Assembly (NCBI GenBank): GCA_032718475.1
Contig: JAUCBJ010002701.1
Location: 6,047-70,046 of the forward strand
Direction: 5' to 3'
Source of the DNA: Nemertoderma westbladi
Lineage: Eukaryota; Animalia; Xenacoelomorpha
Length of the DNA stretch: 64,000 nucleotides
The position numbers were made by a program, and so were the translations under genes. Positions 1-13,800 of this stretch are shown here, piece by piece (the first letter of the stretch is position 1; each line of letters begins with the position of its first letter). A model generated the notes under the pieces. It was not told the DNA's origin. It worked only from the letters and a program-made list of their open reading frames with translations, and did no database searches.

Positions 1-368
1 CCATAGGACAGCTCTGAACCCTGCCCACTACTACTTACCATAGGACAGCTCTGAACCCTGTCCACTACTACTTACCATAGGACAGCGCTGAACCCTGCCC
101 ACTACTATCCATAGGACAGCTCTGAACCCTGCCCACTACTACTTACCATAGGACAGCTCTGAACCCTGTCCACTACTACTTACCATAGGACAGCTCTGAA
201 CCCTGTCCACTACTACTTACCATAGGACAGCTCTGAACCCTGCCCACTACTACTTACCATAGGACAGCTCTGAACCCTGCCCACTACTACTTACCATAGG
301 ACAGCTCTGAACCCTGCCCACTACTACTTACCATAGGACAGCTCTGAACCCTGCCCACTACTACTTAC
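1..368. repeat. 37-bp intronic minisatellite (~10 copies visible, runs off the window start)
   Basis: Unit CCATAGGACAGCTCTGAACCCTGYCCACTACTACTTA. On the minus strand nearly every unit carries ATG|GTAAGT, and the array starts at the donor of the exon at 369-417. Confidence 0.95.
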
Positions 369-417
369 CTTTATAGATTCCGGAACCTGCTCATCCGTGC
401 TTCTTTTGGATAACGTT
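369..417 (-). CDS. Exon 4 of a putative single-pass membrane protein gene (TLSKRSTDEQVPESIK)
   Basis: Acceptor TAATTTCAG and donor AAG|GTAAGT. The 49 nt join the phase-2 end of exon 828-1015 in frame. Confidence 0.7.
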
Positions 418-827
418 CTGAAATTATAAATAAATTATTATAGGAAATATTCATAAATAGTTATTCCTGAAACGATATATACACTAGGAATGTATGGTCC
501 CGCCAACCTGCTGAATTATTATTAAGGTTTCTACTTATGTGGGGCGAGTCAAAACTGCGAGCCATCAGCGAACTGTTATAATTACACTATGGCCTGTTTC
601 TAAAAGTCGGGGTGTGTGTTAGTGTGTCGGAAGCCGTACCTGTCTGAAGCCAATATCAGAATATATAACTAGCCATAGTATAATTATGATTTTTTTTGTC
701 ATTGTGCTGCACTAAAGGCCCCACTCGTGTTTGAGTTTGATTTAAGTTTTTAACCAAATTGCGCCCCTTGCCCTGTGGCGGGCTAGAGGTGTTGCGTTAA
801 TGAAACAGTATAATGATTGACAGTAAC

Positions 828-1015
828 CTGTGCAGTTTAGACCAGTTTTGTTTCGCTTTCTCTGTGCTTTCTGGAGATACATGCCGGTGATGGTGGTGGT
901 GGTTGTCTGTTGTAGTCCCGATCTCAGCAGTGGCTACCGGCGCATTTGGTATCGGTGATTTCAGTAACATTTGCTTTTCCGAACGATCTTTCTTTTCTTT
1001 TCTGCTCTCTTTGGC
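828..1015 (-). CDS. Exon 3 (AKESRKEKKDRSEK...NHHHHHRH...AKQNWSKLH)
   Basis: Acceptor CTACACAG, donor CAG|GTTACT, 188 nt with no stop; phases are compatible with both neighbouring exons. Confidence 0.7.
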
Positions 1016-1372
1016 CTGTGTAGATAGTAAACTCTCATTAAAAACCTGAATTATCTATTAGGAAATTAAATTGTGCCGAGGTTTCTATTATCTTTATTGG
1101 AATCGATGACCTTGTTTGTTTAATTCTCTCTGCCAAACTCTGCCAGATATAATTATTTCCCTGCAAACCGTCTCGCTAGTCTCTGCGAACCGGTATGTGG
1201 GATGTCCTAAATCGATACCGCCGCAGTGCGGGAAAGAACACTTTAGGAAATTAGATGTCAATGAAATTCCAGTAATTGAGACAGGGATATACAAACAGAC
1301 TGTAAGTCGAGATACTGAAACTACAGAATGATAAAGATAAATTATGTTAGTAGTCGTGGAGTAACACGGTAC

Positions 1373-1462
1373 CTGGGACCATTTTTGTTGTATAAATTTT
1401 ATATCTGAAGAATTTGTATTCTTAAAAATTCTCTTAATTAGCGTTTTAGTGCTTATTTGTAT
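1373..1462 (-). CDS. Exon 2 (IQISTKTLIKRIFKNTNSSDIKFIQQKWSQ)
   Basis: Acceptor GTTATAG, donor CAG|GTACC, 90 nt open, phase 0-0. Confidence 0.55.
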
Positions 1463-1608
1463 CTATAACTTGTACAAATACTAATTCGTTTATGGTTTTG
1501 GTTAGATTGAGCCCTTCTGAAATCTGTGTTCTTAGAGAAAACATGCCTAGTCACCGATACGTTAATGAATAACGCCCACTTACCGTTGTGTTACTGCATA
1601 ACTCTTAC

Positions 1609-2791
1609 AATCCGCCATACACCAATAAACTCCCACAATCCGCCACACCAATATTTTAATAAATAACTCCCACAATCCGCCATACACCAATGTTTTAATA
1701 AATAACTCCCACAATCCGCCACACCAATGTTTTAATAAATAACTCCCACAATCCGCCACACCAATGTTTTAATAAATAACTCCCACAATCCGCCACACCA
1801 ATGTTTTAATAAATAACTCCCACAATCCGCCATGCCAATATTTTAATAAATAACTCCCACAATCCGCCACACCAATATTTTAATAAATAACTCCCACAAT
1901 CCGCCACACCAATATTTTAATAAATAACTCCCACAATCCGCCATGCACCAATCTTTTATTAAATAACGACCACAATCCGCCATACCAATGTTTTAATAAA
2001 TAACTCCCACAATCCGCCACACCAATGTTTTAATAAATAACTCCCACAATCCGCCACACCAATGTTTTAATAAATAACTCCCACAATCCGCCACACACCA
2101 ATGTTTTAATAAATAACTCCCACAATCCGCCACACCAATATTTTTATAAATAACTCCCACAATCCGCCACACCAATATTTTATTAAATAACGACCACAAT
2201 CCGCCATACCAATGTTTTAATAAATAACTCCCACAATCGGCCACACCAATGTTTTAATAAATAACTCCCACAATCAGCCACACCAATGTTTTAATAAATA
2301 ACTCCCACAATCCGCCACACCAATGTTTTAATAAATAACTCCCACAATCCGCCACACCAATGTTTTAATAAATAACTCCCACAATCCGCCACACCAATGT
2401 TTTAATAAATAACTCCCACAATCCGCCACACCAATGTTTTAATAAATAACGACCACAATCCGCCATACCAATGTTTTAATAAATAACTCCCACAATCGGC
2501 CACACCAATGTTTTAATAAATAACTCCCACAATCCGCCACACCAATGTTTTAATAAATAACTCCCACAATCCGCCACACCAATGTTTTAATAAATAACTC
2601 CCACAATCCGCCACACCAATGTTTTAATAAATAACTCCCACAATCCGCCACGCCAATGTTTTAATAAATAACTCCCACAATCCGCCACACCAATGTTTTA
2701 ATAAATAACTCCCACAATCCGCCATGCCAATATTTTAATAAATAACTCCCACAATCCGCCACGCCAATGTTTTAATAAATAACTCCCACAA
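1609..2791. repeat. 37-bp intronic minisatellite (~32 copies)
   Basis: Unit AATAAATAACTCCCACAATCCGCCACACCAATGTTTT; abuts the donor of exon 2794-2967. Confidence 0.95.
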
Positions 2792-2793
2792 AC

Positions 2794-2967
2794 CTTTACA
2801 CAACATTTCAAGAAAAGAAATATAATTCCTCCGATATAGGCAGTAATGGTAACAATAATTAATAACGTGCGAATCTCCCAGGTGCAGACCGCCATTAAGT
2901 GAAGGTCGTCTACCACCAGACCCATCTTGGGTAGATCCTCTGTAAACAGTCGCTCCAGCCCAGCCAT
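2794..2967 (-). CDS. First coding exon of a putative N-terminally anchored membrane protein
   Basis: ATG, 58 codons, a hydrophobic segment LLIIVTITAYIGGIIFLFL followed by KCCVK, then donor AAG|GTTTGT. A TM segment plus juxtamembrane Cys plus basic linker resembles synaptotagmin topology, but no C2 domain is in the window, so the family is not assigned. Confidence 0.65.
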
Positions 2968-3504
2968 TAGTGAAATATAGTAGCTAGTAATATTATATTA
3001 CACAATAAATAGTTCAACGTATCATTTATAAAAAGTAAATAATTACATGAAACATACCAACCCAACTGGGTTGAGACTTTCCTTATTTCTACCTTAAATA
3101 ATTACACTAAAATATAATCGATACCAATAATATATTCAGAATCGTGTATATTGGATTATAATTTATTGATTTCAATATTACCAAATTAGTGAGTCAACTT
3201 GGAATTTATTCAAACTTATGGTATTTATGTCTACTGTATTACTTGGCAAAGTCAATTTGATTAATGTTAAAGTTAAATGTATCTAAAATTCATAAGGCAG
3301 TATACTACTGTATTGTACTGCACAGTTTTGTAATAACATAAATTGAGTTGGGGGGGGGGGGGGGGGTATCCATGTAACAATCAGATGGTGGCTGAGCTAT
3401 CCGATAACAAATAATGTAAAACAGTGTCATACTACAGTATTCATTATTGTATAGGCGGGGGCGAGTGCGGGGGTGTCTTTTTTTATACTTAATGTAAGTC
3501 AACT

Positions 3505-3829
3505 GCGGAATGGTGTCGCAGTGGTTAAATTCGTTGCTTGAACACATATCACTCCTGGAGGTAGTGGGTTCGATCCCCGTGGGGGCCAGGACAGTTTTCG
3601 TTTCGGCACGAATAATTTATAGGGAATAGCCAGAGCGCATCTCTACCTTGCATCCTTAAATGGTAGCTAAATGAGTACTGGAGCTTCCTTTGGGGAGTAT
3701 AGTTCTGGGGGGTCCGCCACCGCACAGGAAATAAGTCGTCGGACTTTGTGGGTAATCCCTGGCCTAACGGCCGAAGAAAAAGTTATATTAATTTACTTAA
3801 CTTTACTTACCTAACTTTACTTTACTTTG
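3505..3829 (+). mobile_element. tRNA-derived SINE, copy 1
   Basis: A-box-like TGGTGTCGCAGTGG, B-box GGTTCGATCCC and a (TTTAC)n tail; homologous to the minus-strand copy at 47974-48246. Confidence 0.85.
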
Positions 3830-4448
3830 CTAAACTCCTCAAACGTTCGTCTACTCTCGGCACCGGAAGTAAGAAAATTGGATGAAGTGCTGGATTGGTG
3901 GATTACAGTTTATTTTTTTCTATGCTGTTGATCTAGGCAATCTAATTGATTAGTAACTAAAATATATATAGAATAGAAAGAAACAGTTTGTTTTATATTA
4001 AAATATATATTATATAAATAATTTCTTAGAATAGAAAATTTGAAAATAAATAGGATGTTACTGAAGGGTTGCAATTTTTGTTGAGTTTGTATTATTACTA
4101 TTGCAGAAGATGCATGTTTGGTAAAAAAAAAATACAATAGAAGCCGCGACACGCCGCGATGCGATGCGTCTTTTGGAACCGCAATATTAGCCCCATCATT
4201 CATTCGAGATGATATTATTTTAACTGCGACGAAATCTACCCCTCCCAGAATCTTCGGATTTGTAATGACATGGTTTTCCATAACACATGGACGTTACTAT
4301 AAGTTTTCATTTTAAGAATCTTGGCTACCAACCATTATGCATGCAACGTTGTTTATATGCAACCACCCCTACCTACCCCTCCCCATCCACCCCCCTTCTT
4401 GATTGCGTCTGGTATACCGTATAATATCATATTTATTAATTATTCATT

Positions 4449-7400
4449 CTTTATTTGGGATGGATATATTTATATCCATTGCATCGATTTGATTTATATA
4501 TAAATGACGTGCATTGTCGTGTTTTGTCTTGCCTTGTCTAACTGCCTAGCCTCCTTTATTTGGGATGAATATATTTATATCCATTGCATCGATTTGATTT
4601 ATATATAAATGACGGGCATTGTCGTGTTTTGTCTTGCCTTGTCTAACTGCCTAGACTCCTTTATTTGGGATGAATATATTTATATCCATTGCATCGATTT
4701 GATTTATATATAAATGACGTGCATTGTCGTGTTTTGTCTTGCCTTGTCTAACTGCCTAGCCTCCTTTATTTGGGATGAATATATTTATATCCATTGCATC
4801 GATTTGATTTATATATAAATGACGTGCATTGTCGTGTTTTGTCTAGCCTTGTTTAACTGCCTAGCCTCCTTTATTTGGGATGGATATATTTATATCCATT
4901 GCATCGATTTGATTTATATATAAATGACGTGCATTGTCGTGTTTTGTCTTGCCTTGTCTAACTGCCTAGCCTCCTTTATTTGGGATGGATATATTTATAT
5001 CCATTGCATCGATTTGATTTATATATAAATGACGTGCATTGTCGTGTTTTGTCTTGCCTTGTCTAACTGCCTAGCCTCCTTTATTTGGGATGGATATATT
5101 TATATCCATTGCATCGATTTGATTTATATATAAATGACGTGCATTGTCGTGTTTTGTCTTGCCTTGTTTAACTGCCTAGCCTCCTTTATTTGGGATGGAT
5201 ATATTTATATCCATTGCATCGATTTGATTTATATATAAATGACGTGCATTGTCGTGTTTTGTCTTGCCTTGTATAACTGCCTAGCCTCCTTTATTTGGGA
5301 TGGATATATTTATATCCATTGCATCGATTTGATTTATATATAAATGACGTGCATTGTCGTGTTTTGTCTTGCCTTGTCTAACTGCCTAGCCTCCTTTATT
5401 TGGGATGGATATATTTATATCCATTGCATCGATTTGATTTATATATAAATGACGTGCATTGTCGTGTTTTGTCTTGCCTTGTCTAACTGCCTAGCCTCCT
5501 TTATTTGGGATGGATATATTTATATCCATTGCATCGATTTGATTTATATATAAATGACGTGCATTGTCGTGTTTTGTCTTGCCTTGTCTAACTGCCTAGC
5601 CTCCTTTATTTGGGATGGATATATTTATATCCATTGCATCGATTTGATTTATATATAAATGACGTGCATTGTCGTGTTTTGTCTTGCCTTGTCTAACTGC
5701 CTAGCCTCCTTTATTTGGGATGGATATATTTATATCCATTGCATCGATTTGATTTATATATAAATGACGTGCATTGTCGTGTTTTGTCTTGCCTTGTCTA
5801 ACTGCCTAGCCTCCTTTATTTGGGATGGATATATTTATATCCATTGCATCGATTTGATTTATATATAAATGACGTGCATTGTCGTGTTTTGTCTTGCCTT
5901 GTTAACTGCCTAGCCTCCTTTATTTGGGATGGATATATTTATATCCATTGCATCGATTTGATTTATATATAAATGACGTGCATTGTCGTGTTTTGTCTTG
6001 CCTTGTCTAACTGCCTAGCCTCCTTTATTTGGGATGGATATATTTATATCCATTGCATCGATTTGATTTATATATAAATGACGTGCATTGTCGTGTTTTG
6101 TCTTGCCTTGTCTAACTGCCTAGCCTCCTTTATTTGGGATGGATATATTTATATCCATTGCATCGATTTGATTTATATATAAATGACGTGCATTGTCGTG
6201 TTTTGTCTTGCCTTGTCTAACTGCCTAGCCTCCTTTATTTGGGATGGATATATTTATATCCATTGCATCGATTTGATTTATATATAAATGACGTGCATTG
6301 TCGTGTTTTGTCTTGCCTTGTCTAACTGCCTAGCCTCCTTTATTTGGGATGGATATATTTATATCCATTGCATCGATTTGATTTATATATAAATGACGTG
6401 CATTGTCGTGTTTTGTCTTGCCTTGTCTAACTGCCTAGCCTCCTTTATTTGGGATGGATATATTTATATCCATTGCATCGATTTGATTTATATATAAATG
6501 ACGTGCATTGTCGTGTTTTGTCTTGCCTTGTCTAACTGCCTAGCCTCCTTTATTTGGGATGGATATATTTATATCCATTGCATCGATTTGATTTATATAT
6601 AAATGACGTGCATTGTCGTGTTTTGTCTTGCCTTGTCTAACTGCCTAGCCTCCTTTATTTGGGATGGATATATTTATATCCATTGCATCGATTTGATTTA
6701 TATATAAATGACGTGCATTGTCGTGTTTTGTCTTGCCTTGTCTAACTGCCTAGCCTCCTTTATTTGGGATGGATATATTTATATCCATTGCATCGATTTG
6801 ATTTATATATAAATGACGTGCATTGTCGTGTTTTGTCTTGCCTTGTCTAACTGCCTAGCCTCCTTTATTTGGGATGGATATATTTATATCCATTGCATCG
6901 ATTTGATTTATATATAAATGACGTGCATTGTCGTGTTTTGTCTTGCCTTGTCTAACTGCCTAGCCTCCTTTATTTGGGATGGATATATTTATATCCATTG
7001 CATCGATTTGATTTATATATAAATGACGTGCATTGTCGTGTTTTGTCTTGCCTTGTCTAACTGCCTAGCCTCCTTTATTTGGGATGGATATATTTATATC
7101 CATTGCATCGATTTGATTTATATATAAATGACGTGCATTGTCGTGTTTTGTCTTGCCTTGTCTAACTGCCTAGCCTCCTTTATTTGGGATGGATATATTT
7201 ATATCCATTGCATCGATTTGATTTATATATAAATGACGTGCATTGTCGTGTTTTGTCTTGCCTTGTCTAACTGCCTAGCCTCCTTTATTTGGGATGGATA
7301 TATTTATATCCATTGCATCGATTTGATTTATATATAAATGACGTGCATTGTCGTGTTTTGTCTTGCCTTGTCTAACTGCCTAGCCTCCTTTATTTGGGAT

Positions 7401-8141
7401 GGATATATTTATATCCATTGCATCGATTTGATTTATATATAAATGACGTGCATTGTCGTGTTTTGTCTTGCCTTGTCTAACTGCCTAGCCTTCTTTATTT
7501 GGGATGGATATATTTATATCCATTGCATCGATTTGATTTATATATAAATGACGTGCATTGTCGTGTTTTGTCTAGCCTTGTCTAACTGCCTAGCCTTCTT
7601 TATTTGGGATGGATATATTTATATCCATTGCATCGATTTGATTTATGTATAAATGACGTGCATTGTCGTGTTTTGTCTAGCCTTGTTTAACTGCCTAGCC
7701 TCCTTTATTTGGGATGGATATATTTATATCCATTGCATCGATTTGATTTATATATAAATGACGTGCATTGTCGTGTTTTGTCTTGCCTTGTCTAACTGCC
7801 TAGCCTCCTTTATTTGGGATGGATATATTTATATCCATTGCATCGATTTGATTTATATATAAATGACGTGCATTGTCGTGTTTTGTCTTGCCTTGTCTAA
7901 CTGCCTAGCCTCCTTTATTTGGGATGGATATATTTATATCCATTGCATCGATTTGATTTATATATAAATGACGTGCATTGTCGTGTTTTGTCTAGCCTTG
8001 TTTAACTGCCTAGCCTCCTTTATTTGGGATGGATATATTTATATCCATTGCATCGATTTGATTTTTATATAAATGACGTGCATTGTCGTGTTTTGTCTTG
8101 CCTTGTCTAACTGCCTAGCCTCCTTTATTTGGGATGGATAT
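4449..8141. repeat. 105-bp satellite, left part (~35 copies)
   Basis: Unit CTTTATTTGGGATGGATATATTTATATCCATTGCATCGATTTGATTTATATATAAATGACGTGCATTGTCGTGTTTTGTCTTGCCTTGTCTAACTGCCTAGCCTC; highly homogeneous. Confidence 0.98.
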
Positions 8142-10339
8142 TGATAAACAACCGCGACCTCTATACTAACAGCAGAACTGTTGAACAGACAAATACCCGT
8201 TAATATCCTTCTGTCAACCTAATAAGTTCTCGTCTATCCAATAAGAGACAAAGACTGCTCTACTGTTAAGTAAAGGGGATCAGGAGCGTGCTATTACTAA
8301 ATTGTAAGGGTTGCTAAATACAAAACCGCTACTTACCGTTGGATGGCGCTAATCTGCCGTCCGCTAATATATTTTACTAAATTTACACAACTCCTGCAAA
8401 ATCGCTTGTTCCTTTCTCTACCGATTGCTCGATAGAGAGCTAACTGTTCGAATCTATGAGCCACGCGGGAATAACCAAAACAATAAACCCGAGTCGGCTC
8501 CCTAAGCTTACTTAAGACGAGTGCGAGAGGCCTTGCACTCAGAGTATTCTTACGCCTAATTCTATCACTATTAAAACACGCTATTGTCTACGTCTTTTCT
8601 AATCGCGAATACTGGGGGTTCTCTAACGTAATGTGTGAATGCGAGAATATTTAAATAATCAAATGATACAGTAATTGTTTCTACGTGGATAGTACCGCTC
8701 TGGGTCTAAACTTGCCTGCCGCTGGCTTTAGGCCAGCAAATTACTAGCGTATTGTGCGTACCGAATAGTGCGATCTAGCTGATTGCCCGCTAATGCAAAT
8801 AACCGCTCAGCGTGAATAGTTTACAGTACTCTAATTATTACCTTAGCTACTCTCCGCTATGCTGCGTACTAATTCTTAATTTTTTACTAATCAATTACAG
8901 TCACAAATATTTAACAGCGTACTAATTACTAAGAGTTCCAGAATGCGTAATTCTAATTTATCACGCAACAGGTTTCACTAGTAATAGCCTAAATTGCCGT
9001 ATTACTTTGACCTAATCAGTAACTAATTGTTGTAACTAAGAAATAGAAATCAATCAAAGAGAAAAGGGCGCCTACCTAAACATTCACAATCATAGGCACA
9101 CTTCAGTAACACACCAATCAGCGTCAACAATCACAGTTCGCAATTATGCAGTTAACTACTGTATGGCCCACAATTATGCGACTCACTATTCGTACTCCAC
9201 ACTCAACGTTGTAATACGCGCAGGCCTCTCCCGGATACATCTAGGTTTCCTAACTAACCCGATTCCTGCCCCCCTAATACTAAATAGAGACAAAACCTGG
9301 ATCATCAGCCCCCTAGTTACTGTATCGGCGAATGGTCTGCGTGTTACAGTGCAATTGCCCGCCCGCAACGGTGACTCCCCGCCAGCGTTGCCCGTCTTTG
9401 AATCCTCCGCTTTCCCTTAGTCGCTCAACCCCCCGATGTGCCCACCGCCCACTGGCACCTTAGCCCTCCATTATGCTAATAGCTACCGTAGCGGCGCATG
9501 CAAATCACAAAGTCTGACAGTCTCAGAAATCCCTTAGGATTATTGCGCAGAAAGGAATCACATAGAATCATTAATCAAAAGGTAGAAATCATAGTTCCAG
9601 TTGTAATTAGCAGTACTCGAAGGAATTAATTGAGAAACACAATCAAGAGTAATCGCACTAGCAAATCATTTCAAGAAATTAATCAAAATTAGCAAAATTG
9701 CAGAAAATACGCTAAAATATCCGTCAAAAGTGAATAGAGACAGCTCAGCAAGTACAAAGGTGATAGCAGTAAGGCTCTACCGGCACACCGCCAATTTATA
9801 GGTGATCCGGATGGGGTGATGCAATAGGGTGACGCAATCGCTCTCCTATTGGCTCTCCAGTCCGCGCTAGCATTAGACCAACCTGGAAGCAGTTAGTCCA
9901 ATAAGGAGGCCGGATTGTAGCCCTATCGCTTGCCCAAACCTCAAATTATTACCATATATGGTAATGGATCATGTCCCTGGCTGCTGAATGGCCAGGACAG
10001 CATCCCTATATGCTAGCCCTATCGATGCTAATATCAGCAAGCACAAAATCCAGGGTCCGACTAAACTTGCTACCCTGGAACTATCTACATATATCCTAAT
10101 GCAAAATTAGGTAGGTAGGGCTACATACTATACAAAATGGATGGATTCAAAATATATGGGCGTTTCGATTTCCCTATCTAAATATCATTACGTTATTATG
10201 CCTTATCTAAATATTATGCTGCATAACGGACTAATATTACATACAGTATAACGGACTAATATTGTGTACAGTATAACGACTAATATTGCATACTGCATAA
10301 TGACTAATATATGTGGATACAGCGCCATATACCGTAACA
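8142..10339 (-). repeat. 3' LTR (2198 bp)
   Basis: Direct repeat of 24871-27059; about 13 substitutions and one 9-bp indel counted by eye. Confidence 0.97.
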
Positions 10340-10348
10340 CCGCTCCAA
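10340..10348 (-). other. Short, weak polypurine tract (TTGGAGCGG) abutting the 3' LTR
   Basis: Expected position; purine-rich but short. Confidence 0.4.
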
Positions 10349-10837
10349 GGGAAATCATACAATGTTTCCCTCCAATTGTAGAAGAGTATAAGGTGATGTA
10401 TACAAAACAAAATAAATTTCTTCCAACTAATCTAAATACTTGATACTATAAATCCTACTATTTACAAAATATTGCTATAGATATTGCATAATGAATTGCA
10501 TACAAATTAAATTTACAAAATATTATCTCTCTCATTGTTAACGATTATTACATACAAATTAAATTTACAAATATTGTTTCTCGTTCGTTCTTACTACATA
10601 ATGATTACTACATACAAAATCAAATATATATAAAAAATTTGCTAGGGCAAGTGAAAGGAGTAAGCCAAACCCGCAGGTTTGTCTCCCCAATCACTTCCTT
10701 CGCCTCTCTCATAATATAAATTCAAAACAACTCAACTAGTGTATATGAGTCTAGTCGAAGATTTCTAAATGCTACAATATACATCAGAGCGACGATGATG
10801 TATATATCTAGAGTCTGTCGCCCTGTGCTATAATGTA

Positions 10838-13800
10838 TTATCGACCCGCTCCTGGGTTCTTTGGGCTCGCTCCTCTCTTTCGCCCTCTTCCCAGATACAC
10901 CAATCGTCCTCCAGTCGACTCCATTGACGGCGTCCGTGAGGCGTCACTCCCCGGAACCGGCGACGACGTTCCCTGAGCCCCGACAGATTCTCGGCTTGTG
11001 CTTCTTCCTCGGCCTCGTCCCAATTGTCGTGCTCCTGTGGTCGCTTCCGCCAACTCTTCCTTATGCAGTTGCACGTGCGCTTTTTCCGACGCTCCCTGCG
11101 CCTTGCGCTGCAACCTTTGCGCTTCTATAATAGAATGATAGTGTTCGTCCTTGACTTGACGCTTGTCTTGGACCCCTCCTCCTGGTTCCTTCCGCGAGCC
11201 TTGAGCTCCAGCGGTCGTCGCTGTGGTCGCTGCGATCCTCTGTTCCTGTATCCTCTCAGCGGTCAATGAACCCACTGGCACATGAGTCAACAAGAATTCG
11301 TTGCGGTATTGTATAGCCGCCATCCTCCAATCACCTCGCGCGCGTACCACTTTTCTAGTCTCCGTAAATACACCCTTCGTGATGCGATCGCAAATAGCAA
11401 CGAAGTTCCAGGTGTACTTGTTATCCATATTCAATTGTCTGAAGTATTCTCGGACTACGATAACTCCAGTGTTCTGTGGAAGGTCTTGAGCAGTTAGGAT
11501 GAGTTCCTGATATTGTGGTAGCGATTGTAGATATGGCTCGTACGCAACATGTGATGGGTCTACCGCCCAAAACCCATATCCCGCCTTAAATGGTAACGAA
11601 CGCATCTGCGCTTGAATATGGTAATCAGCCACACTCTCCCACTTATCTAACATCTCCCGAAGTAAGTTAGCGCTATGGTTTTGAAAGGAATCATCTCGCA
11701 GCTGACATCTCGCGCTACGATGTCCCTTTACCCCACAATATCCACATTGAGAAATGAAGACGGTGCACGTGTGAAACGAATGGTCGGTCTCATTACACCA
11801 ACGACAGACCTTATGCGCTGCCTCTACTACCGCGTCGCACGACTTTAGATTGTGCCTTGTGCTGCCGCACAATTTGCACCTACGCGCTTGTGGAAACCAG
11901 GCCCTCTCGTATATGAGGTCTCCAATCGGTTTCGCACTTCCTTCCTTCCCAATGTCTAATACGATGTCGTCCTCTCCGGTCAACGGTTGTCGATCCGGAA
12001 CAAAGTAAACATCCTCGCCCTTGTCCTCTATCTCCAATATTTCCTCCCGCGTTCGTTTCGGATATGTCTTCTCCACCGGAAGATCTACTCCGAACACCTC
12101 TACTAACGTCTCCGGCCAACCCTCCTTAACAGGTCTATCAGCCTCCGAGTGGAAGGGAGTACCAAACCCGCGGGTTTGATTCCCGAACCACTTCTCCAAA
12201 GCTTCTGGCGTCGGATACTCCATCGACGGTCGGTCTCCCAAATCTCCGATGTTCTGTCGATATACTCCTTCGAATATCGCTAATCCTCTCCTAACCATCG
12301 ACATATTCTCTAACGATTGGTTGAAGAACGGGGTTAAGAAACGCTTCATCACGTCGGATTGGATTCCCCCTTTCGAGCGAACGTATTGATCTCCTCCGAA
12401 TACCAATGGATGACGCTTCAAAACTCGCGCAACGATATCCGCTAATAAACAAGTCACCGTGTTCGACTCAAGCACCAAATAATATTGTAGCGACGCACGG
12501 GGTGGCGCGCAAATGTTCCAATACACTAACGCTTGCCGCTTGAAGTGGGATTTGAACTCCGCTCCCGGTGGGGTGTTGTATTCGCCATACGCCTCCTCGT
12601 ACTTCTTCTGCGTCTTTAACTTAAAGTCCCAATTATACAACAAGTGTGCTATAAAGCCCATACCAGTCTTGGCAGAGTTGGGATACTCCCTATAAATTCC
12701 AATATCCTGTGCCCATAGCAACAATAGCTTGGTGTCGACAAACGGTCTTGGCAATCTATCTTCCAGATCAGTCATGGTGTTGAAGTCGCTCTCCAAATCG
12801 CTCTGGACTCCCGATCCCACCTTGACGTAATCTTGGTTGAGAATAGCCTCTCTAACTTTCTTGGGTAGCATCCTGGCGTCGATACGCTCCGCTCCGTGCA
12901 TACCTCCTCGCCTGCATACCTCCAAAATCTGCTCCCTAGGATCCTTCCCTTTCCGATATTGTGTCGTTATGATGGGCTCCGGTCTCTCTCGATCCGCCCT
13001 CACACGCATAAACACATGAGTCACACCATCGGCCGCACGAATTTGAATACACTTGCTGGTCAAACATTCCTGATGGGACCCTCCTTCATTGTCGTAGAAC
13101 ATCACCCTCCAATCCTGCAGTGATTCCTCCGTTTTCCTCCACTGACGCTGAATCTCGTCTGATGGGGTCCACATGCGCTCGATAGCCTTGTGGTCATCAT
13201 ATCGGGTATAAGAACCCTTCCTCCTCAGCCACGTCTGGTCTACCTCCTCGTCATCTGGGAATGTAGCCACCGCGACCCATACCTTGATGTACTTATCCAA
13301 CCATCCGAATAGTTTGCTCTCCTTCCCCGGAGCTCCAATCTTATCCAATGTGTCGTAATCTGTGATCTGCATTGGGACATCACGCAAGAACTTCGCGCAT
13401 AAAACTTCCCGTAGACAGTCAACGTTCCAATGATCCGCCATTCTTACCATCGGCAAGAATCGTATCGCTTCTCGCGACTCCGGATGATCTACTAATATCG
13501 CAGGTTCGGTGCCGTCGGAATAATACACCGGTCGGGGTTGAGATACGACCTGTGGAACAAATCCGGTCACTCTCCTCGTCTCCTCTTGATGTCTATCCGC
13601 GGTCTTATTATACTCCGCTATCCTGTTCTCAAATAACTCTTTCGCCTTCGCCGCTCGCTCCTCCTGCCGCAACGCGTCTATGTCGTCCTGATGCTCAGGC
13701 GTGAGGCTTCTCGCTCGGTGAGGTGAAGTAAACGCAGTCCAGGGACTCGAGAGCTCCAAACCCGCGGGTTTGGTACCCGAGTCCCGCGCCGCTTCGCGCC

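Noticed and set aside
640-706. Extra minus-strand exon (TMTKKIIIILWLVIYSDIGFRQ)
   Set aside because: Open and bounded by AG/GT, but including it puts exon 369-417 out of frame with a stop; direct joining of 828 to 417 works.
3505-3590. tRNA gene
   Set aside because: A and B boxes are present but there is no clean cloverleaf; it continues into a body and tail shared with a second copy, so it is a SINE head.
9163-9420. 85-aa ORF duplicated at 25892-26149
   Set aside because: The duplication simply reflects the two LTRs; it is antisense to the element and has no recognisable motif.
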